The translations under genes and the position numbers were made by a program. The notes beneath the pieces are model-generated. The model did no database searches, was not told where the DNA came from, and saw only the letters and a list, made by a program, of their open reading frames with translations. Below, one piece after another: positions 63,814 through 64,000 of a stretch of DNA of 64,000 nt. The stretch covers positions 35,774,001 through 35,838,000 of the forward strand of contig OZ024741.1 in the NCBI GenBank assembly GCA_964016885.1, given 5' to 3'. Position 1 is the stretch's first letter; each line of letters starts with the position of its first letter. This DNA is from Eledone cirrhosa (Eukaryota).

Positions 63814-64000
63814 TAATGAGAATGTATTACAAAATGTCTCCAAATTCTTCCTTATTCTCAAAAGTATTTGATAATCAAGTCTTTCATTAGTTAACTCATT
63901 GAAAACATAACTGAGAGATGAAGTGTCAGGAATTGGTGTTTCTTGGTCAGTATAAGTAGTAGTTATAATGATTCAACAACTCATTCTTATGACAAACAGC

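Overview
AT-rich, microsatellite-dense eukaryotic (animal) DNA. The SINE/LINE repertoire looks octopod-cephalopod, but that is my inference from sequence style. No complete intact host gene is visible; most of the ORF track is noise from microsatellites and antisense transposon frames. Recognisable content: (1) a near-full-length RTE-clade LINE (APE endonuclease + RT) carrying a C4HC3 PHD-type finger inside the C-terminal part of its RT, plus several 5'-truncated copies; (2) an intronless MAK16 copy with one premature stop, embedded in the RTE cluster; (3) a head-to-head palindromic Penelope-like element (RT + GIY-YIG) with a minimal hammerhead motif in each arm; (4) a non-coding ~440-nt repeat array at 57.3-58.4 kb whose units carry a type-I hammerhead ribozyme with an extended stem I and an upstream octamer motif. 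This retrozyme/satellite-2-like array is the most interesting signal in the window. (5) Fossils of CR1, RLE (CRE-like), mariner, piggyBac-type MITEs and tRNA-derived SINEs, plus minisatellites; (6) a few candidate spliced exons of an unidentified minus-strand gene.
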